The notes beneath the pieces are model-generated. The model was not told the DNA's origin and ran no database searches. It was given only the letters and a program-made list of their open reading frames with translations. Below, one piece after another: positions 25,628 through 36,185 of a stretch of DNA of 64,000 nucleotides; within the stretch, counting starts at the first letter, position 1; every line of letters starts with the position of its first letter. The translations under genes and the position numbers were made by a program. The stretch lies in sequence record NC_048674.1, one strand, 5' to 3'.

Positions 25628-27575
25628 TATTAACTCAGTTGAAATCCCAAACGTATTCAAAGAGAGTACCTTTGAAGGTTTCAAAACCAGATTACGGGAT
25701 TTCTTTAAAAACCAATATGAATTTAAAGATTATGATTTTGAAGGGTCGAGATTGACTGTCCTGATAGAATCGATGGCTTATGCAATGCTATATCATCAGC
25801 AATTTGCAAACGGGGCTTTATTTGAAGGGTACAACCAAACTGCCCGTCTTCGTTCTTCTGTGGTTCAACACGCACAAGATAACGGGTATATGCCTTGGGG
25901 TATGAGTGCTAGTACTAATATGATACAGATCCAAGCGTATTATAGCCCGATTGATAGTAGTCCTCGTTCTATTACAATTCCGAAGGGTACTAAATTCACT
26001 GCTTCTATTGAAGAAGTTGAATTTTATGATTATGTAACTTGGGAAGACGTCGAGGTAATCCGTGGTATAGACAAACGATATATTACAGATCTTAACTTGG
26101 TTCAAGGTAGAATTATCAGAAACCAAATGACGTTTGGTCAGGATGGGACTATTGTAATTCAGGATCCAAATATTGACCGTAGATATGTTAACGTTTATGT
26201 GAACGGGGCTAAATGGGAAGACTGGTCTAACAAACCGATTGTTCGTGTTGGTGGTACTTCGACTGTTTTTTATCAAAGAGAAACAATTGATAGCTTCACT
26301 GAAATATATTTCGGGGAAGGCGACTCTACCGTTGATACTAACGGTATGCTCCGCAGTAACTACGTGGGTGGTTTAAAGCCATCTGTAGGCGATACCATCG
26401 TTTTGGAATACATAAGCACTAAAGGAACAGCCGCTAACGGTTCTCGTGGTTTTGATTATGTTGATACAATTCCTAACTTGGTTGTTGAAGAGATTAGAGA
26501 AAACCCAACTCATCCTGACGGAATCAACGATGTGAATTATGTCGGATCTATTGGTGGTGGTGAAGTTGAGGATATAGAACGTATTCGTTCACTAGGTCCG
26601 GTAATGAGAGAGACACAGCGTCGTTGTGTTACTGCTTCCGACTACGAAACTTTCATATCTAGTCGATTTGGAAATATCGTTCAGGCTATCCAGTGTTATA
26701 CCAACCCAGAAAAGCCGGGTTATGCATTCATTGCGATAAAGCCTCAAGATGGTTTATATCTGACTACTGTGCAGAAAGAAGACATCCAAAACTATCTGAG
26801 ACCGTTTAACGTTAGTACGATTACGCCGGTTGTTCATAGTCCAAATTATATGTATGTGAAAACCAATGCCAAGGTAACCTACGCAATAAACCAGCTCCCA
26901 CAAACAGAAGAATGGTTACAAGGTCAGATCTTGAATTCCATAGACCGTTATTATACGGAAGAGGTTGAAATCTTCAACGCAGGTTTCTATACATCCAAAA
27001 TGAACAGCCGTATTGATAATACTGATGTGTCTATTCTTGGTACTGAAACAAAAATTGGACTTGTTCGAGAAATAGACAACTATCTAGTTAGTCCGATGAA
27101 TGGTATTCAGTACAATAACGACCTAGTTGAAGGCTCTATCTATAGCACCGAAATAAAATATATCCATAACACAACAACAAGTTATGATGTTCATTATGTT
27201 GGTACTAAAAAGAACGATATTCCTGATCCGTCTGGGGTACACAGCGAAAATACTGGGTTGATGTTGGTTGGACCCTTTGCTGCTGGTCATATATCTGGTG
27301 TTCAAGAATATACCGGAAGCGACTTTGATAGGAAAGAAATTGATGGGCGCAGTAAATACTATGTAGTTGGATCTATAAATTATGAAATAGACCAAATCAC
27401 ATTCGACCTTGGCGTTCTCAATAAAGATCCAGATCAGTTTATTGCGGCATATATTGAATTACATAGTGAACCAACTTCACTTAATATATTCCCGTCAGAT
27501 GGTACATTGATCGTTTTTGAGAATAACCTACGTCCTCAATACACAACAATTGAAATGAACTCGGTGGTAATTTAA
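25620..27575 (+). CDS. gp6: Baseplate wedge gp6
   Basis: FKDYDFEGSRL, ARLRSSVV, RCVTASDY. Confidence 0.97.
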   Translation: MANINSVEIPNVFKESTFEGFKTRLRDFFKNQYEFKDYDFEGSRLTVLIESMAYAMLYHQQFANGALFEGYNQTARLRSSVVQHAQDNGYMPWGMSASTNMIQIQAYYSPIDSSPRSITIPKGTKFTASIEEVEFYDYVTWEDVEVIRGIDKRYITDLNLVQGRIIRNQMTFGQDGTIVIQDPNIDRRYVNVYVNGAKWEDWSNKPIVRVGGTSTVFYQRETIDSFTEIYFGEGDSTVDTNGMLRSNYVGGLKPSVGDTIVLEYISTKGTAANGSRGFDYVDTIPNLVVEEIRENPTHPDGINDVNYVGSIGGGEVEDIERIRSLGPVMRETQRRCVTASDYETFISSRFGNIVQAIQCYTNPEKPGYAFIAIKPQDGLYLTTVQKEDIQNYLRPFNVSTITPVVHSPNYMYVKTNAKVTYAINQLPQTEEWLQGQILNSIDRYYTEEVEIFNAGFYTSKMNSRIDNTDVSILGTETKIGLVREIDNYLVSPMNGIQYNNDLVEGSIYSTEIKYIHNTTTSYDVHYVGTKKNDIPDPSGVHSENTGLMLVGPFAAGHISGVQEYTGSDFDRKEIDGRSKYYVVGSINYEIDQITFDLGVLNKDPDQFIAAYIELHSEPTSLNIFPSDGTLIVFENNLRPQYTTIEMNSVVI

Positions 27576-27577
27576 AA

Positions 27578-30500
27578 ATGATAAAAGCTCCAACAATAAC
27601 AAGTCTTCGCGTCGCCATGCTCGGCGCGAACTTCGTTCACCTAAAATGGGATGATGTAGGTTCGAACTATTTTTATATTGTCGAATACACCATCGTTTCA
27701 GGTACTGGGGTAGATAGTTGGACACAATTGGGGGTGGAATATTCCCCCGAATTTTTCAGTTCATCTCTCATTCCAGATACAAAATATAAATTTAGAATAT
27801 CTACAACTCATCCCGGTTTGGAGCCGTCTGATTGGGTTGTTAGTGATGTAATAGAATCATTCACAACAAACGCATATCAAATAACTACCATGGAGAAATT
27901 CATTCCATCGTTTAAGTTTATTGATATGAAGTTGCATAAAAACAAGATGGATTATATCAACCTCAATAGTGATGTGATTCAGGCTAGTTTGATGAATGAA
28001 AACTTTATATACGATCCTAGTATCTCAAACGTCACGAATATAGAAAATTTTGTTACTAGTGACGATGAATACCATGAGATTTTGGGTTCTGTATCAAAAA
28101 TTTGTCGGGATATTAATAGCGTTTACCTTGGCGCAAACCGTCGTGTTGTATACGCATTTGAAAAATATCAAAACTACTGTAAGGTAACTAATGACGGTGG
28201 GCAGAACTGGTATTACTACCAAGCTATTTCTGATCGCGTTGGATATCCAACCGGTAATACCGTAATGAGCCAAAACAGGAATACATCTTTCCTTCTTGGT
28301 TATGATTTTGCTTTTTACGGACGAAATGTTGATGAAGTAAGATTTAGCTCAGACCTTCATTTTTGGTCGGATGATCAGCTTACATTTGTTAAGATGGATA
28401 CTGATTCGTCTATCCCATTTCCTACTATGTTCTTTGGGACTTTTGCCAAGTACCCAGACGATATCAGAAGAAAAGTAGAAGCTCAAACGTCCTCTAATAT
28501 GTGGCTATATGCCGCTGCAAATGGTGTTGCTAGACGTATACGAGTATCTGGTGGTCCAACCGATAATGAAGGTAATATCATATGGGACCCGGAAGTCTTT
28601 ACGATCTGTGATAATCCAAACGTAGTAGTTAAGAAAATGGATGTACTTAACGAGGTTTGTTATGCGCTGGTATCCGGTGAAGTAGATGCAGGGAAAGATA
28701 AAAGAGATCCGAAAAACGTAAAGAAATCTGTATATTCTGGTGTATATCGCCTCAACGAAAAATACAAGAAAGAAGATTTCATGTTGGGAAATATGAATTT
28801 CTCCGACCCAACAGAAGATATTAATTTTGTAAATGGTATTGACGTTGGTCGTGAGATGGTAACTTTCCTTCCTGACGGTACACACGTTGGTAAAGTTTCT
28901 ACTAGATGGGAATCTAGAGTATTCCAAGGTAGAACCCATGGAATGCAAATGAAAGTCAACTTTGTACCAAGTGATAGCCATGACTCGTTTGAGTTTATTG
29001 CTGATATCTATTCCGATCCAGTACAAAAGATAGTAGACCCGGTGAAATATAGTCGGTTTGTTGATGATTTTGCATATCCTAATATTTTTGACCTTTACCA
29101 AGAAGATGGGCAGATAGTAAAGCCTTCTGTTCCGGATGGTGGGTCATGGGAAAGAGTGTTTGGAAATACTGAGGATGAACGGTATAATATCGAACACAAA
29201 TATTCCGATATGAGTGTTGATGGTACTAAATTATTTGTATCCGGTGCAACTTATAAATACACCAATACTATCGAAGATCTTGATACCGTTAATAAATACC
29301 CGGATGATGTGACCTATGCGGTAAAATACAGTTCCGATTTTGGATATCTTAGTGAAAAGAAAGTTTTCATGTATCAATGGGAAACCGAAGATGGTGATGT
29401 TTTCTCCTTAAGACCAGCTAGATATTATAACGAGGCTGGGTTTGATTATATGGCTATGACTGGGGAGAGGGTTTGGAAAAACCATGAAAACCGAATAGTT
29501 CTTATAACACCTTCCACCAAATACCAATATAACATAGACCCTACACGGGAATATAACAAAGAAGTTTGGAATAAAGGTTCTGTAAAATTTTATCTGAACA
29601 ATATCAATTTCAAAAACTTTAGTAAGTATTGTAACGGTATTTTGATTCACACTGCCTACAATAGAGAGAATGGTCTTGGTGGGGAGATATTTGGATACTA
29701 TGAGTTCCCTTATCGTGTTAGGGATGAAGCATCTGTATTTTGGAGACCAGAATATATCGCGTTGCAAGCTTCTTTGATAAACCAAGAAAGAGAAGTTGTT
29801 GAAGAGAAGAAGGATGATACAGGTATAATTGATCCAAATATCGCACCTATGTTGAGAATTATGGGACCTGAACATTATTTCAACGACTCAAATTACTCTA
29901 AGTTTGCTGAATATTATCTTCAATTCCTATCAGAAGGTACTGATTCGATGTATGGTAAACTTCTCAATTTCATCAAACTAAAATACCCGAGAGAGAAAGA
30001 TTCTTTTGTATTTTTGTGGTCTGAGATGAGACGACGAAATATATATCTAGACCAAAACAAGAGAGATGAGGTTGTTAAATTCTTCGAAGCCAACGCCAAT
30101 AACTTTTATAGCTCAAAGGGAACTCTGGATAGTTATAAGTTCTTGTTCAAACTGCTATATGATGCCGATGTAGATATTGAAATCGAATCTCAAGTTGGGA
30201 TAGATTATGATATACTGGTTAAGTCGTCTAATATCAGTACTGATCTTGTTGGAAGAACGATATTTACCAAAACTGGTCGAGCCAACGTTACCTATATTGA
30301 ACGTCAGTTTGTTGATGGTCAATTAAGATGGAAAATAACGATTCATAACCTTATTGGGAAGTTGGAAGTTGGGCAAGAAATAAAATCTGAATCTAGTTCT
30401 TTTGTTGGTGAAGTTACTCGGGGAGTTAAGGGTAAAGAGCTAGCATATTCCGACATAGATTATATAAACAGAAACAGATCTTACTATATGATGAGAATTC

Positions 30501-31081
30501 GTTCTGAATTGAACACATCTCGGTATAAGGATGATGTTATTCGGTTTGTTCATCCAGTTGGATTTGGATTTGTTGGTATTACTCTACTAACTGTTATGGT
30601 TAACGGGGGTATTTCTATGAAACACATAGAGACTATCGTCGATATAAATAAATCATATCGGTGGGATTCTGGTTTACCTAGCCTAACCCCTAAATATAGA
30701 ACAGTACCAGACCCCAATGGTTCGTTTACAGATCCAGTACCTCTATTCGACCCGATAACTGGGGAATTAATGGAAGTGGAACAACCACAAACGCCATTTG
30801 ATGTGTCTGAGTGGAATAACGCAATTGATACAAGTACCGGTGATGTATTTGAGGTCAGGAATTATGACCAAGATGAACAGAACTGGACTGTTGACGGTGT
30901 TGTTTATACCCCATCGGCACGTAGGCTTGATGGTAGTCCCCTGTTTAGCGATTTCAGTAGTAGGTATTCTGACCTTAAACGGTTGTCAGAAAAACGGCTT
31001 AAGGATGATATAGGCAATCCTCGTGATGTAAGTAAACTCCTTGTGCCAGTACCACCTACCCAAGTTAAGGTAGAACAATAA
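27578..31081 (+). CDS. gp7: Baseplate wedge initiator gp7
   Basis: KAPTITSLRV..LKWDDVGSNYFY, FVHPVGFGF. Confidence 0.96.
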   Translation: MIKAPTITSLRVAMLGANFVHLKWDDVGSNYFYIVEYTIVSGTGVDSWTQLGVEYSPEFFSSSLIPDTKYKFRISTTHPGLEPSDWVVSDVIESFTTNAYQITTMEKFIPSFKFIDMKLHKNKMDYINLNSDVIQASLMNENFIYDPSISNVTNIENFVTSDDEYHEILGSVSKICRDINSVYLGANRRVVYAFEKYQNYCKVTNDGGQNWYYYQAISDRVGYPTGNTVMSQNRNTSFLLGYDFAFYGRNVDEVRFSSDLHFWSDDQLTFVKMDTDSSIPFPTMFFGTFAKYPDDIRRKVEAQTSSNMWLYAAANGVARRIRVSGGPTDNEGNIIWDPEVFTICDNPNVVVKKMDVLNEVCYALVSGEVDAGKDKRDPKNVKKSVYSGVYRLNEKYKKEDFMLGNMNFSDPTEDINFVNGIDVGREMVTFLPDGTHVGKVSTRWESRVFQGRTHGMQMKVNFVPSDSHDSFEFIADIYSDPVQKIVDPVKYSRFVDDFAYPNIFDLYQEDGQIVKPSVPDGGSWERVFGNTEDERYNIEHKYSDMSVDGTKLFVSGATYKYTNTIEDLDTVNKYPDDVTYAVKYSSDFGYLSEKKVFMYQWETEDGDVFSLRPARYYNEAGFDYMAMTGERVWKNHENRIVLITPSTKYQYNIDPTREYNKEVWNKGSVKFYLNNINFKNFSKYCNGILIHTAYNRENGLGGEIFGYYEFPYRVRDEASVFWRPEYIALQASLINQEREVVEEKKDDTGIIDPNIAPMLRIMGPEHYFNDSNYSKFAEYYLQFLSEGTDSMYGKLLNFIKLKYPREKDSFVFLWSEMRRRNIYLDQNKRDEVVKFFEANANNFYSSKGTLDSYKFLFKLLYDADVDIEIESQVGIDYDILVKSSNISTDLVGRTIFTKTGRANVTYIERQFVDGQLRWKITIHNLIGKLEVGQEIKSESSSFVGEVTRGVKGKELAYSDIDYINRNRSYYMMRIRSELNTSRYKDDVIRFVHPVGFGFVGITLLTVMVNGGISMKHIETIVDINKSYRWDSGLPSLTPKYRTVPDPNGSFTDPVPLFDPITGELMEVEQPQTPFDVSEWNNAIDTSTGDVFEVRNYDQDEQNWTVDGVVYTPSARRLDGSPLFSDFSSRYSDLKRLSEKRLKDDIGNPRDVSKLLVPVPPTQVKVEQ

Positions 31082-32064
31082 TGTCAGTGATTTATAGAGC
31101 AATGGTTACTAGCGACTTTCGGGTCGCTAACCTTTTAAACTTTTATTCTCTTATCGGAGATGGTAATACACAAAATACCCTCTATGCATATTTCGGGAGA
31201 AGTGAAGCATGGGCTGATAATGAATCAGACCCAAAATTTGCACCACCATATCCCGATGATACGTCAGAGGGGTATTCTGATGTTTGGTCTAGAATGCTGG
31301 GAGCTGTTAAGATCCAAAAAGAGCTTATTCGTCCAGTAGTGCCCCGTAAGGATTGGGGGGACCAGAGATATGCAGACCCATACACTTTCCATATCGGTGA
31401 CATTGTAGTTACCAACTCAGCCCCGTATAATACAACTGAAATTGGATCTGGGTGGATGGTATATCGTTGTGTTGATGTACCATCAGATGGTATGTGTTCA
31501 ATTCAAACCATTAAAGACAAGGAAGAGTGTTTGAAAGTTGGTGGTAAATGGACTCCATCAATATTCAGCATACTCCCGATAGGACGTTCTGATGGCGTAA
31601 ACATGCAAGATGGTTATATATGGGAATACCTATACACAATACCAACCGACGTTGCGATAAACGATTGTTCAAATGAATATATCGTAGTACCAACTCCAGA
31701 TGAACTAAAAACATCTCCTGATGTATGGGGATACCAACACGTTATAACTTGGTATCCAAATGATTATAACCTTATTGGTAGAATAAAATGTAATACACTT
31801 AGGTTTAGATCATATTTTGATAGTTATAATTTCCCCGCATCAAGTAAAATCGGTAACACTGGTTTTCGGCAGATGGGGATTATAAATAATCCACTTTTGG
31901 TTAAAAATACACCAGCAGATCCGGATGTAAAAGCAACTGCACTCAGTTATGATCCATCTCAGTTAGAAAGACATAGTGGGAATATTATCTATATGGATAA
32001 TAGACAACCTGTAATTCGTTCTAGAGATCAAACGGAAGAATTTAACGTGGTGTTTAGTTTCTGA
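31081..32064 (+). CDS. gp8: Baseplate wedge gp8
   Basis: VIYRAMVTSDFR, WEYLYTIP, QTEEFNVVFSF. Confidence 0.96.
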   Translation: MSVIYRAMVTSDFRVANLLNFYSLIGDGNTQNTLYAYFGRSEAWADNESDPKFAPPYPDDTSEGYSDVWSRMLGAVKIQKELIRPVVPRKDWGDQRYADPYTFHIGDIVVTNSAPYNTTEIGSGWMVYRCVDVPSDGMCSIQTIKDKEECLKVGGKWTPSIFSILPIGRSDGVNMQDGYIWEYLYTIPTDVAINDCSNEYIVVPTPDELKTSPDVWGYQHVITWYPNDYNLIGRIKCNTLRFRSYFDSYNFPASSKIGNTGFRQMGIINNPLLVKNTPADPDVKATALSYDPSQLERHSGNIIYMDNRQPVIRSRDQTEEFNVVFSF

Positions 32065-32093
32065 AAAAACCCGACCATTAGGTCGGGTTTTTT
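32064..32093 (+). terminator. Terminator after gp8, followed by a late promoter at 32102-32108
   Basis: aaaaaacccgacc-atta-ggtcgggtttttt. Confidence 0.88.
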
Positions 32094-32144
32094 ATTTTCT
32101 CCTAAATACAAGGGTGAACCCTATAAAATAAAGGATATAAAATA

Positions 32145-33071
32145 ATGTCTGTACAAAAGCCTAAAGAGCTAGTTGATACTGGCGTCCGTGGTCAAGAAGG
32201 AACCGGTGATACCCTTCATGACGGCGGCTTAAAATTAAACCAAGATATAAACAGTATTTGGAACGTGTTCGGGGACTACAGAATTGGTAAGACTTCTGGT
32301 TTTGGTAATCGCGTTCAGACCCTCCATGGTACTGGATATTATCAAAAACACACTCGGGCATACTATGCAGGGGCAGAACAGCCGTCTGGCAACCCAGTAG
32401 AATTTGGTTCTATGCACGACCTATCTGTTATCAGAGACGGTACAGGAGACCTTACTATAACTCTCCCTCAAGGTAGTGGTCATGGTGGGGAATGTGTAGA
32501 ATTCGTCAATACAGACGGTTCTGTGGGGTTTGGTGCTGGTAAAGAAGTGATTATTCGGACTAGTGGTTCTGGTGATACCATCGGGGCTAGTGGGAATAGA
32601 TTGGTTGTAAACCGTTCCAATTTCAAATTAACCCTATGGGTAGCAGAAGCAAGTCCAGCAGGTTCGAAATGGAATTATAAGCTTGAATCGATTTATGGTG
32701 ACTCTGCAACTTCATATAGCGCCACTATTACTGGGATCGCGGTTGGTGCTGACCGAAACGTGGTTTTGTTTAGTAAGCCACAATTCAACGCGGTTAAACA
32801 CATGATCTTTGTTACTCAACGTGGCGTTGGTGCCCTTCAAGAATCATGCGAAACTTTACTGATGGTAAATAATACCAGTACCGCAGATACAAAAGTTTAT
32901 TCTACTGAATACGCTAGACTGCGAACCAAAACACCAGATAAAGCGGAAGAAAACCTTTTATTTGAAGCTTCTTATAGCATCACAGGTAATTCTGTTTTAC
33001 TGACCATAAAAAACATTAGTCAGTCAACGATAGACGTATATATAAAATCTATCGATGCAATTGGGGCATAA
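32145..33071 (+). CDS. gp9: Long tail fibre connector gp9
   Basis: GTGDTLHDGGLKLN, YSTEYA. Confidence 0.93.
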   Translation: MSVQKPKELVDTGVRGQEGTGDTLHDGGLKLNQDINSIWNVFGDYRIGKTSGFGNRVQTLHGTGYYQKHTRAYYAGAEQPSGNPVEFGSMHDLSVIRDGTGDLTITLPQGSGHGGECVEFVNTDGSVGFGAGKEVIIRTSGSGDTIGASGNRLVVNRSNFKLTLWVAEASPAGSKWNYKLESIYGDSATSYSATITGIAVGADRNVVLFSKPQFNAVKHMIFVTQRGVGALQESCETLLMVNNTSTADTKVYSTEYARLRTKTPDKAEENLLFEASYSITGNSVLLTIKNISQSTIDVYIKSIDAIGA

Positions 33072-33073
33072 AA

Positions 33074-35212
33074 ATGAAACAGCAAATTATTATTGGTAAT
33101 CGTGTTGATGACGGAACCGGTGATTACCTTAGAAAAGGTGGTCAGAAGACAAACGACAACTTTAATGAACTTTACTACAACTTGGGGGATGGTAACATTC
33201 CTCATGCTGCTGGTGCATGGAAACCATATAGCGACCACACAAAAACTCTATCGGCTATTATGGGTCAGGCGTGGGTAATTAATACAACAACCGGTCGTAT
33301 TACTGTCAATCTTCCGAGTGGAACACCAGCCGATTATGGTAAGGTTATTCGTGTTCGTGATGTAATGGGAACTTGGGGTGGAAACCCAGTAATTCTTGTT
33401 CCCGGTGGATTTAATACCATCAAAGGGTCTTCTGGTACACACAGATTAGAAAACAATTTCATGGACGTTGAGCTTGTATATTGCTCTCCCGGTAACTGGG
33501 ATTATGTACCAAGTAAATATGTTGGTGAAATTAGATCCAACGACATAGCAACTGTTGCCAAAAAAGAATTTATTGCCACCGAAGGTCAAACCGATTTTCA
33601 AAATATATTCTCGTCTGGTTATAACAGAAACTCGATTAACGTATATAAGCGCGGTAACATTCTTTATTACGGTCAGGAATACGGTCCCGAATCAAACTAT
33701 GGGTCTATTGTTCAAAAGACTGTTGCAGACCCAGCCAAGATTGATATTAACCCGGTACAAATCGATAGCGATAGGTGGGGTACTATTGTTGGTAAGGGAA
33801 CTAGATTTGGAACAGTTGAAGGGAATACTATAGTATCCTTTTATTCCAAAGAGTCTGATAAAAAGACATACATAAAATTTGACCTTAATAAGAAACCACT
33901 TAACGAAGACCGTTTGGTTTGTGTTTATAACGATAAAACATACCTAATGAAATTCGATAAGCTGACCAGCGAATATGTTTCTGTGAATGAAACCCCTGAC
34001 ATTCTAGCTCAAATGAAAATCGCGTCAAAATTTTCATATTATGTTGGTGTTAGCAAAATAACAGACCTTGATGGATATACCATTAAGCTAGAAAAGCCGT
34101 GCGAAGCTGGTGATGTTGTTGTTATCGAAACTTTCTTAGACGGTTTGGCTACATATAGAAGTTCTTACGAAACTGCGACTATTCGGGTTTATTCCGACCA
34201 ATATGTTCCTGTAGATTATGTTTCTGAAACAGGGCGTCGGTTTGTTGGGGATCTGTCTGCTAAATTTAGATTTAACCTTTCCGAATTTGGCTTCCAACCA
34301 AGTGAGACTTTTAACCCAAAAACTCTAGAGATGATTGTCAACGGTCGTCAATTGGTTAAATCTGGACAGGGTGATATACCGTTTTTTACTTGTGAGGGTG
34401 CGGATAGCTTAACTCAAGAATCTTGTATTGCTAATGGTGGTGTTTGGGTTCCTACTGGTGTTGATTTTGGACCTATCGAAGATGAGAACGGTTATATGCG
34501 TGATATTGTGGTGAACGAACCGTTCAACCATGAAGACGTTATTACGATTCGTTGGTTTAATAATGATATTGGTTCGTTGCTTGAACTTGACGATATTATC
34601 AAAGAGACAGACAAAAAGTATATCAATACTGTTCCTGTTACTTTGACCGGGAAAATTAGATATTCTGATCCTTTCAATCCAACCCCAAAGACAGTACAAC
34701 CAGATCCTAACGATTTGATCAACGTTCCTGCAAACTCTATTGCAATGCTGTTTGATATGTTTTATCCAGTTGGTACTATCTACGAAAACGCACATAACCC
34801 GAACAACCCAGCAACCTATATGGGGATTGGTACTTGGGTTCGTTGGGCAGAGGGTAAGGTTGTTGCTGGGTGGAATAGTCAGAATCCAAACGATCCGATA
34901 TACGGTCTGAATAACCAAGATTTGGATATTAACGGACAACCAAGACACAGTGCTGGTAGTATTTTTGGTGAAAACGACGTAACCCTTGCGGTTGACAATA
35001 CCCCCGGAACAAAAAGTACGGAAAAGGCGCTTATTGCAGATCCGAATGGTGATGTTCTTGTTGGTGGGTGTCAATACGACCCAGACGAGAGTGGTCCGGG
35101 TTATAAGAAATACAGAGAGGATTATGTCTATACCAGACCAAACGAAACAGTAAACCCGTTCTCTGTGATCCAACCTACAACCACCGCCCATAGATGGCTA
35201 AGGGTAGAATAA
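33074..35212 (+). CDS. gp10: Baseplate wedge / tail pin gp10
   Basis: MKQQIIIGNRVDDGTGDYLRKGG, YPVGTIYEN, WLRVE. Confidence 0.96.
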   Translation: MKQQIIIGNRVDDGTGDYLRKGGQKTNDNFNELYYNLGDGNIPHAAGAWKPYSDHTKTLSAIMGQAWVINTTTGRITVNLPSGTPADYGKVIRVRDVMGTWGGNPVILVPGGFNTIKGSSGTHRLENNFMDVELVYCSPGNWDYVPSKYVGEIRSNDIATVAKKEFIATEGQTDFQNIFSSGYNRNSINVYKRGNILYYGQEYGPESNYGSIVQKTVADPAKIDINPVQIDSDRWGTIVGKGTRFGTVEGNTIVSFYSKESDKKTYIKFDLNKKPLNEDRLVCVYNDKTYLMKFDKLTSEYVSVNETPDILAQMKIASKFSYYVGVSKITDLDGYTIKLEKPCEAGDVVVIETFLDGLATYRSSYETATIRVYSDQYVPVDYVSETGRRFVGDLSAKFRFNLSEFGFQPSETFNPKTLEMIVNGRQLVKSGQGDIPFFTCEGADSLTQESCIANGGVWVPTGVDFGPIEDENGYMRDIVVNEPFNHEDVITIRWFNNDIGSLLELDDIIKETDKKYINTVPVTLTGKIRYSDPFNPTPKTVQPDPNDLINVPANSIAMLFDMFYPVGTIYENAHNPNNPATYMGIGTWVRWAEGKVVAGWNSQNPNDPIYGLNNQDLDINGQPRHSAGSIFGENDVTLAVDNTPGTKSTEKALIADPNGDVLVGGCQYDPDESGPGYKKYREDYVYTRPNETVNPFSVIQPTTTAHRWLRVE

Positions 35213-36183
35213 TGATAAGTATTTTTCAACAACCAAGAAGCCTAACATATTATGCTGGTAGTTCATACCAGCTTTCTATTTTAGCAAGTACAAACAACGT
35301 AGATGCAGAACTTAGATATTCTTGGGAATCTTCCGTAGATAGCAATGCTTGGACTGCCGTTGTTGATGCTAGTGCGGCAACTGATAATCTAAGAGTTCTT
35401 CCATCAAACGCATCATATAATCATGGTTATTTCAGATGTCGTGTTAAAGAAGTCAATTCCACATCAGGCGCGGAACTAAGTTCTTTGGATTCGTCTGTTG
35501 TAACCGTGACTATGTTTGACGGTAGAACAAACACAGATATGACTAGAAGTCGAATGGCTTCTATGATCAAGAGTAGAAAAGCATCAGACCACGAATTTAA
35601 TGGAGACCCGACATTAGAGACGTTATCTGTTGTTGGTGGTATCGGTAACCTAACAATCCAAGATGCCAGAAGTCATAACAAGTTCAAGACAGTTGAAAAC
35701 GCAATTTCCGATGCTGCATATGTGGGAAGACTTAATAAAGGTTCTGTTATTATAAATATAGATAATACGGACCCCGGCGGAAAACCACAAATCGATACAT
35801 TAACCTTTTCTGGTGCTATTTCCTCTCCAATTTCTGGTATGCCTGTTGTTCTTGATGTATTTGGTACTCGAATTGAAGTTGCAGATGGTGTAAGTCCGAC
35901 ATTTGTTAGAGATAAAGTATTCGATTTACTTAAACAATTTGAAGTGGATGGTTTATATGTGAGGGATGTTACTAAACTTTCTAGTGATTCTATAAACTTC
36001 ACATATAGAGACCTTCGTGATCACACACCAGAACCATGGTCAGAATATGGGATGACCATCGATTGGGTTGTTGGATCTCCTGCATCTTATGGTTACGGAT
36101 ATTGGGAAATGTTTTTCAAAGAAGATAAAGTTGCAATTGATACCACGGTAACAACACTTTATTACTGGAAAAGGATTGGTTAA
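35212..36183 (+). CDS. gp11: Short tail fibre connector gp11 with N-terminal Ig-like domain
   Basis: gp11 core (NKFKTVENAISD...GYGYWE...YYWKRIG) preceded by an IFQQPRS...YSWE...GYFRCRV domain. Confidence 0.88.
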   Translation: MISIFQQPRSLTYYAGSSYQLSILASTNNVDAELRYSWESSVDSNAWTAVVDASAATDNLRVLPSNASYNHGYFRCRVKEVNSTSGAELSSLDSSVVTVTMFDGRTNTDMTRSRMASMIKSRKASDHEFNGDPTLETLSVVGGIGNLTIQDARSHNKFKTVENAISDAAYVGRLNKGSVIINIDNTDPGGKPQIDTLTFSGAISSPISGMPVVLDVFGTRIEVADGVSPTFVRDKVFDLLKQFEVDGLYVRDVTKLSSDSINFTYRDLRDHTPEPWSEYGMTIDWVVGSPASYGYGYWEMFFKEDKVAIDTTVTTLYYWKRIG

Positions 36184-36185
36184 AA

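Noticed and set aside
34409-35191. Long antisense ORFs in the track (e.g. 34409-35191, 55182-56111, 47899-48639, 62050-62940)
   Set aside because: They lie opposite well-conserved T4 genes and lack RBS and motifs; shadow frames
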